This document shows positions 42,001 to 55,120 of a stretch of DNA of 64,000 nt, piece by piece (position 1 is the first letter of the stretch; every line of letters begins with the position of its first letter). The DNA lies in NCBI GenBank assembly GCA_964016885.1, contig OZ024743.1, positions 378,758,001 through 378,822,000 of the forward strand, given 5' to 3'. The notes beneath the pieces were generated by a model, which was not told the DNA's origin, did no database searches, and worked only from the letters and a program-made list of their open reading frames with translations. The DNA comes from Eledone cirrhosa (lineage: Eukaryota). The translations under genes and the position numbers were made by a program.

Positions 42001-42370
42001 CCTACACTAGAGAGAGGGTTTTACACCCCACCATTACCGCAGTTTCTCCTACACTAGAGAGAGAGTTTTACACCCCACCACTACCCCAGTTTCTCCTGCA
42101 CCAGAGATAGAGAGAGTGTTTTACACCCCACCACTACCCCAGTTTCTCCAACACTAGAGAGAGAGAGAGTTTTGCACCCCACCACTACCCCAGTTTCTCC
42201 AACACTAGAGAGAGAGAGTGTTTTACACCCCACCACTACCCCAGTTTCTCCAACACTAGAGAGAGAGAGAGTTTTGCACCCCACCACTACCCCAGTTTCT
42301 CCAACACTAGAGAGAGAGAGAGTTTTGCACCCCACCACTACCCCAGTTTCTCCAACACTAGAGAGAGAGA
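18000..42370. repeat. Variant domain C
   Basis: Markers largely confined here are CACTTAAG, TACTCTAG, CCCCTCC, GAGACTGTTTT, GAGATCGTTTT, CACCTTTACC, CACCTCCACC and GGGCGTTTT. Confidence 0.8.
22990..42370. repeat. ~5.5-kb higher-order repeat (roughly 110 monomers), about 3.5 tandem copies
   Basis: A constant 5,539-bp offset between ORF-track entries 26045/31584, 26354/31893, 27361/32900, 28024/33563 and 29052/34591. Other offsets are 5393 (23659/29052), 5473 (33563/39036) and 5524 (34591/40115). Confidence 0.9.
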
Positions 42371-45300
42371 GAGTTTTTAACCCCACCACTACCCCAGTTT
42401 CTCATACACTAGAGACAGAGAGAGTTTTACACCCCACCACTACCCCAGTTTCTCATACACTAGAGAGAGAGAGAGAGAGAGTTTTACACCCCACCACTAC
42501 CCCAGTTTCTCATACACTAGAGACAGAGAGAGTTTTACACCCCACCACTACCCCAGTTTCTCATACACTAGAGAGAGAGAGAGAGTTTTACACCCCACCA
42601 CTACCCCAGTTTCTCCTACACTAGAGAGAGAGAGAATTTTACACCCCACCACTACCCCAGTTTCTCCTACACTAGAGAGAGAGAGCTTTACACACCACCA
42701 CTACCCAAGTTTCTCCTACACTAGAGAGAGAGTTTTACACACCACCACTACCCCAGTTTCTCCTACACTAGAGAGAGAGTTTTACACCCCACCACTACCC
42801 AAGTTTCTCCTACACTAGAGAGAGGCAGCGTTTTACACCCCACCACTACCCCCAGTTTCTCCTAAAATAGAGAGAGAGAGAGAGAGTTTTACACCCCACC
42901 ACTACTCCAGTTTCTCCTACACTAGAGAGAGAGTTTTACACCCAACCACTACCCCAGTTTCTCCTACACTAGAGAGAGAGAGAGTTTTACACCCCACCAC
43001 TACCCCAGCTTCTCCTACACTAGAGAGAGAGTGAGTTTTACACCCCACCACTACCCCAGTTTCTCCTACATTACAGAGAGAGAGAGAGTTTTACACCCCA
43101 CCACTACCCCAGTTTCTCCTACACTAGAGAGAGAGTTTTACACCCCACCGCGATCCCAGTTTCTCCTACACTAGAGAGAGAGTTTTGCACCCCACCACTA
43201 CCCCAGTTTCTCCTACACTAGAGAGAGAGTTTTACACCCCACCATTACCCCTGTTTCTCCTACACTAGAGAGAGAGTTTTACACCCCACCATTACCCCAG
43301 TTTCTCCTACACTAGAGAGAGAGTTTTACACCCCACCACTACCCCAGTTTCTCCTACACTAGAGAGAGAGTTTTGCACCCGACCACTACCCCAGTTTCTC
43401 CTACACTAGAGAGAGAGTTTTGCACCCCACCACTACCCCAGTTTCTCCTACACTAGAGAGAGAGTTTTGCACCCCACCACTACCCCAGTTTCTCCTACAC
43501 TAGAGAGAGAGTTTTACACCCCACCACTACCCCAGTTTCTCCTACAATAGAGAGAGAGAGAGAGTTTTACACCCCACCACTACCCCAGTTTCTCCTACAC
43601 TAGAGAGAGAGTTTTGCACCCCACCACTACCCCAGTTTCTCCTACACTAGAGAGAGAGTTTTACACCCCACCACTACCCCAGTTTCTCCTACACTAGAGA
43701 GAGAGTTTTACACCCCACCATTACCCCAGTTTCTCCTACACTAGAGAGAGAGTTTTACACCCCACCACTACCCCAGTTTCTCCTGCACCAGAGATAGAGA
43801 GAGTGTTTTACACCCCACCACTACCCCAGTTTCTCCAACACTAGAGACAGAGAGAGTTTTGCACCCCACCACTACCCCAGTTTCTCCAACACTAGAGAGA
43901 GAGAGTGTTTTACACCCCACCACTACCCCAGTTACTCCAACACTAGAGAGAGAGAGAGTTTTTAACCCCACCACTACCCCAGTTTCTCATACACTAGAGA
44001 CAGAGAGAGTTTTACACCCCACCACTACCCCAGTTTCTCATACACTATAGAGAGAGAGAGAGTTTTACACCCCACCACTACCCCAGTTTCTCATACACTA
44101 GAGACAGAGAGAGTTTTACACCCCACCACTACCCCAGTTTCTCATACACTAGAGAGAGAGAGAGAGTTTTACACCCCACCACTACCCCAGTTTCTCATGC
44201 ACTAGAGAGAGAGAGAGAGTCTTACACCCCACCACTACGCCAGTTTCTCCTACACTAGAGAGAGAGAGAGTTTTACACCCCACCACTACCCCAGTTTCTC
44301 CTACACTAGAGAGAGAGTTTAACACCCCACCACTACCCAAGTTTCTCCTACACTAGAGAGAGGCAGCGTTTTACACCCCACCACTACCCTAGTTTCTCCT
44401 ACACTAGAGAGAGAGAGTTTTACACCCAACCACTACCCCAGTTTCTCCTACACCAGAGAGAGAGTTTTGCACCCCACCACTACTCCAGTTTCTCCTACAC
44501 TAGAGAGAGGCAACGTTTTACACCCCACCACTACCCCAGTTTCTCCTAAAATAGAGAGAGAGAGAGAGTTTTACACCCCACCACTACTCCAGTTTCTCCT
44601 ACACTAGAGAGAGAGTTTTACACCCAACCACTACCCCAGTTTCTCCTACACTAGAGAGAGAGTGAGTTTTACACCCCACCACTACCCCAGTTTCTCCTAC
44701 ACTAGAGAGAGAGAGAGCTTTACACCCCACCACTACCCCAGCTTCTCCTACACTGGAGAGAGAGTTTTGCACCCCACCACTACCCCATTTTCTCCTAATC
44801 TAGAGAAAGAGAGAGGTTTACACCCAACCACTACCCCAGTTTCTCCTACACTATAGAGAGAGAGAGTTTTACACACCACCACTACCCCAGTTTCTCCTAC
44901 ATTAGAGAGAGAGAGAGAGTTTTACACCCCACCACTACCCCAGTTTCTCCTACAGTAGAGAGAGAGTTTTACACCCCACCGCTACCCCAGTTTCTCCTAC
45001 ACTAGAGAGAGAGTTTTGCACCCCACCACTACCCCAGTTTCTCCTACACTAGAGAGAGAGTTTTACACCCCACCATTACCCCTGTTTCTCCTACACTAGA
45101 GAGAGAGTTTTACACCCCACCATTACCCCAGTTTCTCCTACACTAGAGAGAGAGTTTTACACCCCACCACTACCCCAGTTTCTCCTACACTAGAGAGAGA
45201 GTTTTGCACCCGACCACTACCCCAGTTTCTCCTACACTAGAGAGAGAGTTTTGCACCCCACCACTACCCCAGTTTCTCCTACACTAGAGAGAGAGTTTTG

Positions 45301-45849
45301 CACCCCACCACTACCCCAGTTTCTCCTACACTAGAGAGAGAGTTTTACACCCCACCCCTACCCCAGTTTCTCCTACAATAGAGAGAGAGAGAGAGTTTTA
45401 CACCCCACCACTACCCCAGTTTCTCCTACACTAGAGAGAGAGTTTTGCACCCCACCACTACCCCAGTTTCTCCTACACTAGAGAGAGAGTTTTACACCCC
45501 ACCATTACCCCAGTTTCTCCTACACTAGAGAGAGAGTTTTACACCCCACCACTACCCCAGTTTCTCCTGCACCAGAGATAGAGAGAGTGTTTTACACCCC
45601 ACCACTACCCCAGTTTCTCCAACACTAGAGAGAGAGAGAGTTTTGCACCCCACCACTACCCCAGTTTCTCCAACACTAGAGAGAGAGAGTGTTTTACACC
45701 CCACCACTACCCCAGTTACTCCAACACTAGATAGAGAGAGAGTTTTGCACCCCACCACTCCCCCAGTTTCTCCAACACTAGAGAGAGAGAGAGAGTTTTG
45801 CACCCCACCACTACCCCAGTTTCTCCAACACTAGAGAGAGAGAGAGTTT

Positions 45850-46430
45850 TTAACCCCACCACTACCCCAGTTTCTCATACACTAGAGAGAGACAGAGAGT
45901 TTTACACCCCACCACTACCCCAGTTTCTCATACACTATAGAGAGAGAGAGAGTTTTACACCCCACCACTACCCCAGTTTCTCATACACTATAGAGAGAGA
46001 GAGAGTTTTACACCCCACCACTACCCCAGTTTCTCATACACTATAGAGAGAGAGAGAGTTTTACACCCCACCACTACCCCAGTTTCTCATACACTATAGA
46101 GAGAGAGAGAGTTTTACACCCCACCACTACCCCAGTTTCTCATACACTATAGAGAGAGAGAGAGTTTTACACCCCACCACTACCCCAGTTTCTCATACAC
46201 TATAGAGACAGAGAGAGTTTTACACCCCACCACTACCCCAGTTTCTCATACACTATAGAGACAGAGAGAGTTTTACACCCCACCACTACCCCAGTTTCTC
46301 ATACACTATAGAGAGAGAGAGAGTTTTACACCCCACCACTACCCCAGTTTCTCATACACTAGAGACAGAGAGAGTTTTACACCCCACCACTACCCCAGTT
46401 TCTCATACACTAGAGAGAGAGAGAGAGTTT
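45850..46430. repeat. Homogeneous run of about 11 variant monomers, mostly 51 bp (TCATACACTATAG type)
   Basis: Consecutive monomers all carry CAT in place of CCT, and most carry CTATAG in place of CTAGAG. Confidence 0.85.
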
Positions 46431-49400
46431 TACACCCCACCACTACCCCAGTTTCTCATGCACTAGAGAGAGAGAGAGAGTCTTACACCCCACCACTACG
46501 CCAGTTTCTCCTACACTAGAGAGAGAGAGAGTTTTACACCCCACCACTACCCCAGTTTCTCCTACACTAGAGAGAGAGTTTAACACCCCACCACTACCCA
46601 AGTTTCTCCTACACTAGAGAGAGGCAGCGTTTTACACCCCACCACTACCCTAGTTTCTCCTACACTAGAGAGAGAGAGTTTTACACCCAACCACTACCAC
46701 AGTTTCTCCTACACCAGAGAGAGAGTTTTGCACCCCACCACTACTCCAGTTTCTCCTACACTAGAGAGAGGCAACGTTTTACACCCCACCACTACCCCAG
46801 TTTCTCCTAAAATAGAGAGAGAGAGAGAGCTTTACACCCCACCACTACCCCAGCTTCTCCTACACTAGAGAGAGAGTGAGTTTTACACCCCACCACTACC
46901 CCAGTTTCTCCTACATTACAGAGAGAGAGAGAGTTTTACACCCCACCACTACCCCAGTTTCTCATACACTGGAGAGAGAGTTTTGCACCCCACCACTACC
47001 CCATTTTCTCCTAATCTAGAGAGAGAGAGAGGTTTACACCCAACCACTACCCCAGTTTCTCCTACACTAGAGAGAGAGAGAGTTTTACACCCCACCACTA
47101 CCCCAGTTTCTCCTACACTAGAGAGAGAGTTTTACACCCCACCACTACCCCAGTCTCTCCTACACTAGAGACAGAGAGAGAGAGTTTTACACCCCACCAC
47201 TACCCCAGTTTCTCCTACACTAGAGATAGAGTTTTACACCCCCACCACTACCCCATTTTCTCCTACGCTAGAGAGAGAGAGAGTTTTACACCCCACCACT
47301 ACCCCAGTTTCTCCTACACTAGAGAGAGAGTTTTACACCCCACCACTACCCCAGTCTCTCCTACACTAGAGACAGAGAGAGAGAGTTTTACACCCCACCA
47401 CTACCCCAGTTTCTCCTACATTAGAGATAGAGTTTTACACCCCACCACTACCCCAGTTCTCCTACACTAGAGAGAGAGTTTTACACCGCACCACTACCCC
47501 AGTTTCTCCTACACTAGAGAGAGAGAGAGTTTTACACACAACCACTACCCCAGGTTCTCCTACACTAGAGAGAGAGAGTTTTACACCCCACCACTACCCC
47601 AGTTTCTCCTACACTAGAGAGACATAGACAGTTTTACACCCCACCACTGCCGCTGTTTCTCCTACAATAGAGAGAGAGAGTTTTACACCCCACCACTACC
47701 CCAGTTTCTCCTACACTAGAGACAGAGAGAGTTTTACACCCCACCACTACCCCAGTTTCTCCTACGCTAGTGAGAGAGTTTTACACCCCACCACTACCCC
47801 AGTTTCTCCTACACTAGAGAGAGAGAGAGAGTTTTACACCCCACCACTACCCAGTTTCTCCTACGCTAGAGAGAGAGTTTTACACCCCACCACTACCCCA
47901 GTTTCTCCTACACTAGTGAGAGAGAGAGAGTTTTACACCCCACCACTACCGCAGTTTCTCCTACACTAGAGAGAGAATTTTACACACCACCACTGCCGCA
48001 GTTTCTCCTACATTAGAGAGAGTGAGTTTTACACCCCACCACTACCCCAGTTTCTCCTACACTAGAGAGTGAGAGAGAGTTTTACACCCCACCACTACCC
48101 CAGTTTCTCCTACACTAGAGAGAGAGAGAGAGTTTTACACCCCACCACTACCCCAGTTTCTCCTACACTAGAGAGAGAGAGAGAGTTTTACACCCCACCA
48201 CTACCCCAGTTTCTCCTACGCTAGAGAGAGAGTTTTACACCCCACCACTACCCCAGTTTCTCCTACACTAGAGAGAGAGAGAGAGAGTTTTACACCCCAC
48301 CACTACCGCAGTTTCTCCTACACTAGAGAGAGAGTTTTACACACCACCACTGCCGCAGTTTCTCCTACACTAGAGAGAGAGAGTTTTACACCCCACCACT
48401 ACCCCAGTTTCTCCTACACTAGAGAGAGAGAGAGAGTTTTACACCCCACCATTACCCCAGTTTCTCCTACACTAGAGAGAGAGAGAGAGTTTTACACCCC
48501 ACCACTACCCCAGTTTCTCCAACACTAGAGAGAGAGAGAGTTTTTAACCCCACCACTACCCCAGTTTCTCATACACTAGAGACAGAGAGAGTTTTACACC
48601 CCACCACTACCCCAGTTTCTCATACACTATAGAGAGAGAGAGAGTTTTACACCCCACCACTACCCCAGTTTCTCATACACTAGAGACAGAGAGAGTTTTA
48701 GACCCCACCACTACCCCAGTTTCTCATACACTAGAGAGAGAGAGAGAGTTTTACACCCCACCACTACCCCAGTTTCTCATACACTAGAGAGAGAGAGAGA
48801 GTTTTACACCCCACCACTACCCCAGTTTCTCCTACACTAGAGAGAGAGAGAGTTTTACACCCCACCACTACCCCAGTTTCTCCTACACTAGAGAGAGAGT
48901 TTTACACCCCACCACTACCCTAGTTTCTCCTACACTAGAGAGAGAGAGTTTTACACCCAACCACTACCCTAGTTTCTCATACACTAGAGAGAGAGAGAGA
49001 GTTTTACACCCCACCACTACCCCAGTTTCTCCTACACTAGAGAGAGAGAGAATTTTACACCCCACCACTACCCCAGTTTCTCCTACACTAGAGAGAGAGA
49101 GCTTTACACACCACCACTACCCAAGTTTCTCCTACACTAGAGAGAGAGTTTTACACACCACCACTACCCCAGTTTCTCCTACACTAGAGAGAGAGTTTTA
49201 CACCCCACCACTACCCAAGTTTCTCCTACACTAGAGAGAGGCAGCGTTTTACACCCCACCACTACCCCCAGTTTCTCCTACAATAGAGAGAGAGAGAGAG
49301 AGTTTTACACCCCACCACTACTCCAGTTTCTCCTACACTAGAGAGAGAGTTTTACACCCAACCACTACCCCAGTTTCTCCTACACTAGAGAGAGAGAGAG

Positions 49401-52400
49401 TTTTACACCCCACCACTACCCCAGCTTCTCCTACACTAGAGAGAGAGTGAGTTTTACACCCCACCACTACCCCAGTTTCTCCTACATTACAGAGAGAGAG
49501 AGAGTTTTACACCCCACCACTACCCCAGTTTCTCCTACACTAGAGAGAGAGTTTTACACCCCACCGCTACCCCAGTTTCTCCTACACTAGAGAGAGAGTT
49601 TTGCACCCCACCACTACCCCAGTTTCTCCTACACTAGAGAGAGAGTTTTAAACCCCACCATTACCCCTGTTTCTCCTACACTAGAGAGAGAGTTTTACAC
49701 CCCACCATTACCCCAGTTTCTCCTACACTAGAGAGAGAGTTTTACACCCCACCACTACCCCACTTTCTCCTACACTAGAGAGAGAGTTTTGCACCCGACC
49801 ACTACCCCAGTTTCTCCTACACTAGAGAGAGAGTTTTGCACCCCACCACTACCCCAGTTTCTCCTACACTAGAGAGAGAGAGTTTTGCACCCCACCACTA
49901 CCCCAGTTTCTCCTACACTAGAGAGAGAGTTTTACACCCCACCACTACCCTAGTTTCTCCTACAATAGAGAGAGAGAGAGAGTTTTTAACCCAACCACTA
50001 CCCCAGTTTCTCCTACACTAGAGAGAGAGTTTTGCACCCCACCACTACCCCAGTTTCTCCTACACTAGAGAGAGAGTTTTACACCCCACCACTACCCCAG
50101 TTTCTCCTACACTAGAGAGAGAGTTTTACACCCCACCATTACCCCAGTTTCTCCTACACTAGAGAGAGAGTTTTACACCCCACCACTACCCCATTTTCTC
50201 CTGCACCAGAGATAGAGAGAGTGTTTTACACCCCACCACTACCCCAGTTTCTCCAACACTAGAGAGAGAGAGAGTTTTGCACCCCACCACTACCCCAGTT
50301 TCTCCAACACTAGAGAGAGAGAGTGTTTTACACCCCACCACTACCCCAGTTTCTCCAACACTAGAGAGAGAGAGAGTTTTGCACCCCACCACTACCCCAG
50401 TTTCTCCAACACTAGAGAGAGAGAGAGTTTTGCACCCCACCACTACCCCAGTTTCTCCAACACTAGAGAGAGAGAGAGTTTTTAACCCCACCACTACCCC
50501 AGTTTCTCATACACTAGAGAGAGAGAGAGAGTTTTACACCCCACCACTACCCCAGTTTCTCATACACTAGAGACAGAGAGAGTTTTACACCCCACCACTA
50601 CCCCAGTTTCTCATACACTATAGAGAGAGAGAGAGTTTTACACCCCACCACTACCCCAGTTTCTCCAACACTAGAGACAGAGAGAGTTTTACACCCCACC
50701 ACTACCCCAGTTTCTCATACACTATAGAGAGAGAGAGAGTTTTACACCCCACCACTACCCCAGTTTCTCATACACTAGAGACAGAGAGAGTTTTACACCC
50801 CACCACTACCCCAGTTTCTCATACACTAAAGAGAGAGAGAGAGTTTTACACCCCACCACTACCCCAGTTTCTCATGCACTAGAGAGAGAGAGAGAGTCTT
50901 ACACCCCACCACTACGCCAGTTTCTCCTACACTAGAGAGAGAGAGAGTTTTACACCCCACCACTACCCCAGTTTCTCCTACACTAGAGAGAGGCAGCGTT
51001 TTACACCCCACCACTACCCTAGTTTCTCCTACACTAGAGAGAGAGAGTTTTACACCCAACCACTACCCCAGTTTCTCCTACACCAGAGAGAGAGTTTTGC
51101 ACCCCACCACTACTCCAGTTTCTCCTACACTAGAGAGAGGCAACGTTTTACACCCCACCACTACCCCAGTTTCTCCTAAAATAGAGAGAGAGAGAGAGTT
51201 TTACACCCCACCACTACTCCAGTTTCTCCTACACTAGAGAGAGAGTTTTACACCCAACCACTACCCCAGTTTCTCCTACACTATAGAGAGAGTGAGTTTT
51301 ACACCCCACCACTACCCCAGTTTCTCCTACACTAGAAAGAGAGAGAGAGTTTTACACCCCACCACTACCCCAGCTTCTCCTACACTAGAGAGAGAGTGAG
51401 TTTTACACCCCACCACTACCCCAGTTTCTCCTACATTACAGAGAGAGAGAGAGTTTTACACCCCACCACTACCCCAGTTTCTCCTACACTGGAGAGAGAG
51501 TTTTGCACCCCACCACTACCCCATTTTCTCCTAATCTAGAGAGAGAGAGAGGTTTACACCCAACCACTACCCCAGTTTCTCCTACACTATATAGAGAGAG
51601 AGTTTTACACACCACCACTACCCCAGTTTCTCCTACATTAGAGAGAGAGAGAGAGTTTTACACCCCACCACTACTCCATTTTCTCCTAAACTAGAGAGAG
51701 AGAGAGTTTTTAACCCAACCACTACCCCAGTTTCTCCTACACTAGAGAGAGAGAGAGTTTTACACCCCACCACTACCCCAGTTTCTCCTACACTAGAGAG
51801 AGAGTTTTACACCCCACCACTACCCCAGTCTCTCCTACACTAGAGACAGAGAGAGAGAGTTTTACACCCCACCACTACCCCAGTTTCTCCTACACTAGAG
51901 ATAGAGTTTTACACCCCCACCACTACCCCATTTTCTCCTACGCTAGAGAGAGAGAGAGTTTTACACCCCACCACTACCCCAGTTTCTCCTACACTAGAGA
52001 GAGAGTTTTACACCCCACCACTACCCCAGTCTCTCCTACACTAGAGACAGAGAGAGAGAGTTTTACACCCCACCACTACCCCAGTTTCTCCTACATTAGA
52101 GATAGAGTTTTACACCCCACCACTACCCCAGTTCTCCTACACTAGAGAGAGAGTTTTACACCGCACCACTACCCCAGTTTCTCCTACACTAGAGAGAGAG
52201 AGAGTTTTACACACAACCACTACCCCAGAGTCTCCTACACTAGAGAGAGAGAATTTTACACCCCACCACTACCCCAGTTTCTCCTACGCTAGAGAGAGAG
52301 AGAGTTTTACAATCCACCACTGCCCCAGTTTCTCCTACACTAGAGAGACATAGACAGTTTTACACCCCACCACTGCCGCTGTTTCTCCTACAATAGAGAG

Positions 52401-53329
52401 AGAGAGTTTTACACCCCACCACTACCCCAGTTTCTCCTACACTAGAGACAGAGAGAGTTTTACACCCCACCACTACCCAGTTTCTCCTACGCTAGAGAGA
52501 GAGTTTTACACCCCACCACTACCCCAGTTTCTCCTACACTAGAGAGAGAGAGAGAGTTTTACACCCCACCACTACCGCAGTTTCTCCTACACTAGAGAGA
52601 GAGTTTTACACACCACCACTGCCGCAGTTTCTCCTACATTAGAGAGAGAGAGTTTTACACCCCACCACTACCCCAGTTTCTCCTACACTAGAGAGAGAGA
52701 GAGAGTTTTACACCCCACCACTACCCCAGTTTCTCCTACACTAGAGAGAGAGTGAGAGTTTTACACCCCACCACTACCCCAGTTTCTCCTACGCTAGAGA
52801 GAGAGTTTTACACCCCACCACTACCCCAGTTTCTCCTACACTAGAGAGAGAGAGAGAGTTTTACACCCCACCACTACCGCAGTTTCTCCTACACTAGAGA
52901 GAGAGTTTTACACACCACCACTGCCGCAGTTTCTCCTACACTAGAGAGAGAGAGTTTTACACCCCACCACTACCCCAGTTTCTCCTACACTAGAGAGAGA
53001 GAGAGAGAGTTTTACACCCCACCACTACCCCAGTTTCTCCTACACTAGAGAGAGAGAGAGAGTTTTACACCCCACCACTACCCCAGTTTCTCCAACACTA
53101 GAGAGAGAGAGAGAGTTTTACACCCCACCACTACCCCAGTTTCTCCTACACTAGAGAGAGAGAGAGAGTTTTACACCCCACCACTACCCCAGTTTCTCCA
53201 ACACTAGAGAGAGAGAGAGAGTTTTTAACCCCACCACTACCCCAGTTTCTCATACGCTAGAGACAGAGAGAGTTTTACACCCCACCACTACCCCAGTTTC
53301 TCATACACTATAGAGAGAGAGAGAGTTTT

Positions 53330-55120
53330 ACACCCCACCACTACCCCAGTTTCTCATACACTAGAGACAGAGAGAGTTTTACACCCCACCACTACCCCAG
53401 TTTCTCATACACTAGAGAGAGAGAGAGAGTTTTACACCCCACCACTACCCCAGTTTCTCATACACTAGAGAGAGAGAGAGAGTTTTACACCCCACCACAA
53501 CCCCAGTTTCTCCTACACTAGAGAGAGAGAGAGTTTTACACCCCACCACTACCCCAGTTTCTCCTACACTAGAGAGAGAGTTTTACACCCCACCACTACC
53601 CTAGTTTCTCCTACACTAGAGAGAGAGAGTTTTACACCCAACCACTACCCCAGTTTCTCCTACACCAGAGAGAGAGTTTTACACCCCACCACTACTCCAG
53701 TTTCTCCTACACTAGAGAGAGGCAACGTTTTACACCCCACCACTACCCCAGTTTCTCCTAAAATAGAGAGAGAGAGAGAGTTTTACACCCCACCACTACC
53801 CCAGTTTCTCCAACACTAGAGAGAGAGAGAGTTTTGCACCCCACCACTACCCCAGTTTCTCCAACACTAGAGAGAGAGAGTGTTTTACACCCCACCACTA
53901 CCCCAGTTTCTCCAACACTAGAGAGAGAGAGAGTTTTGCACCCCACCACTACCCCAGTTTCTCCAACACTAGAGAGAGAGAGAGTTTTGCACCCCACCAC
54001 TACCCCAGTTTCTCCAACACTAGAGAGAGAGAGAGTTTTTAACCCCACCACTACCCCAGTTTCTCATACACTAGAGACAGAGAGAGTTTTACACCCCACC
54101 ACTACCCCAGTTTCTCATACACTATAGAGAGAGAGAGAGTTTTACACCCCACCACTACCCCAGTTTCTCATACACTAGAGACAGAGAGAGTTTTACACCC
54201 CACCACTACCCCAGTTTCTCATACACTAGAGAGAGAGAGAGAGTTTTACACCCCACCACTACCCCAGTTTCTCATGCACTAGAGAGAGAGAGAGAGTCTT
54301 ACACCCCACCACTACGCCAGTTTCTCCTACACTAGAGAGAGAGAGAGTTTTACACCCCACCACTACCCCAGTTTCTCCTACACTAGAGAGAGAGTTTTAC
54401 ACCCCACCACTACCCAAGTTTCTCCTACACTAGAGAGAGGCAGCGTTTTATACCCCACCACTACCCTAGTTTCTCCTACACTAGAGAGAGAGAGTTTTAC
54501 ACCCAACCACTACCCCAGTTTCTCCTACACCAGAGAGAGAGTTTTACACCCCACAACTACTCCAGTTTCTCCTACACTAGAGAGAGGCAACGTTTTACAC
54601 CCCACCACTACCCCAGTTTCTCCTAAAATAGAGAGAGAGAGAGAGTTTTACACCCCACCACTACTCCAGTTTCTCCTACACTAGAGAGAGAGTTTTACAC
54701 CCAACCACTACCCCAGTTTCTCCTACACTAGAGAGAGAGTGAGTTTTACACCCCACCACTACCCCAGTTTCTCCTACACTAGAGAGAGAGAGAGTTTTAC
54801 ACCCCACCACTACCCCAGCTTCTCCTACACTAGAGAGAGAGTGAGTTTTACACCCCACCACTACCCCAGTTTCTCCTACATTACAGAGAGAGAGAGAGTT
54901 TTACACCCCACCACTACCCCAGTTTCTCCTACACTAGAGAAAGAGTTTTGCACCCCACCACTACCCCATTTTCTCCTAATCTAGAGAGAGAGAGAGGTTT
55001 ACACCCAACCACTACCCCAGTTTCTCCTACACTAGAGAGAGAGAGAGTATTACACACCACCACTACCCCAGTTTCTCCTACACTAGAGAGAGAGTTTTAC
55101 ACCCCACCACTACCCCAGTC
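53330..55120. repeat. Block duplicated at about 62210-64000 (offset 8,880-8,882 bp)
   Basis: Identical ORFs at 53758/62640, 53834/62716, 54676/63556 and 54739/63619. Shared rare variants include GAGTATTACACACC, CCACAACTACTCC and GAGAAAGAGTTTTG. Confidence 0.9.
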
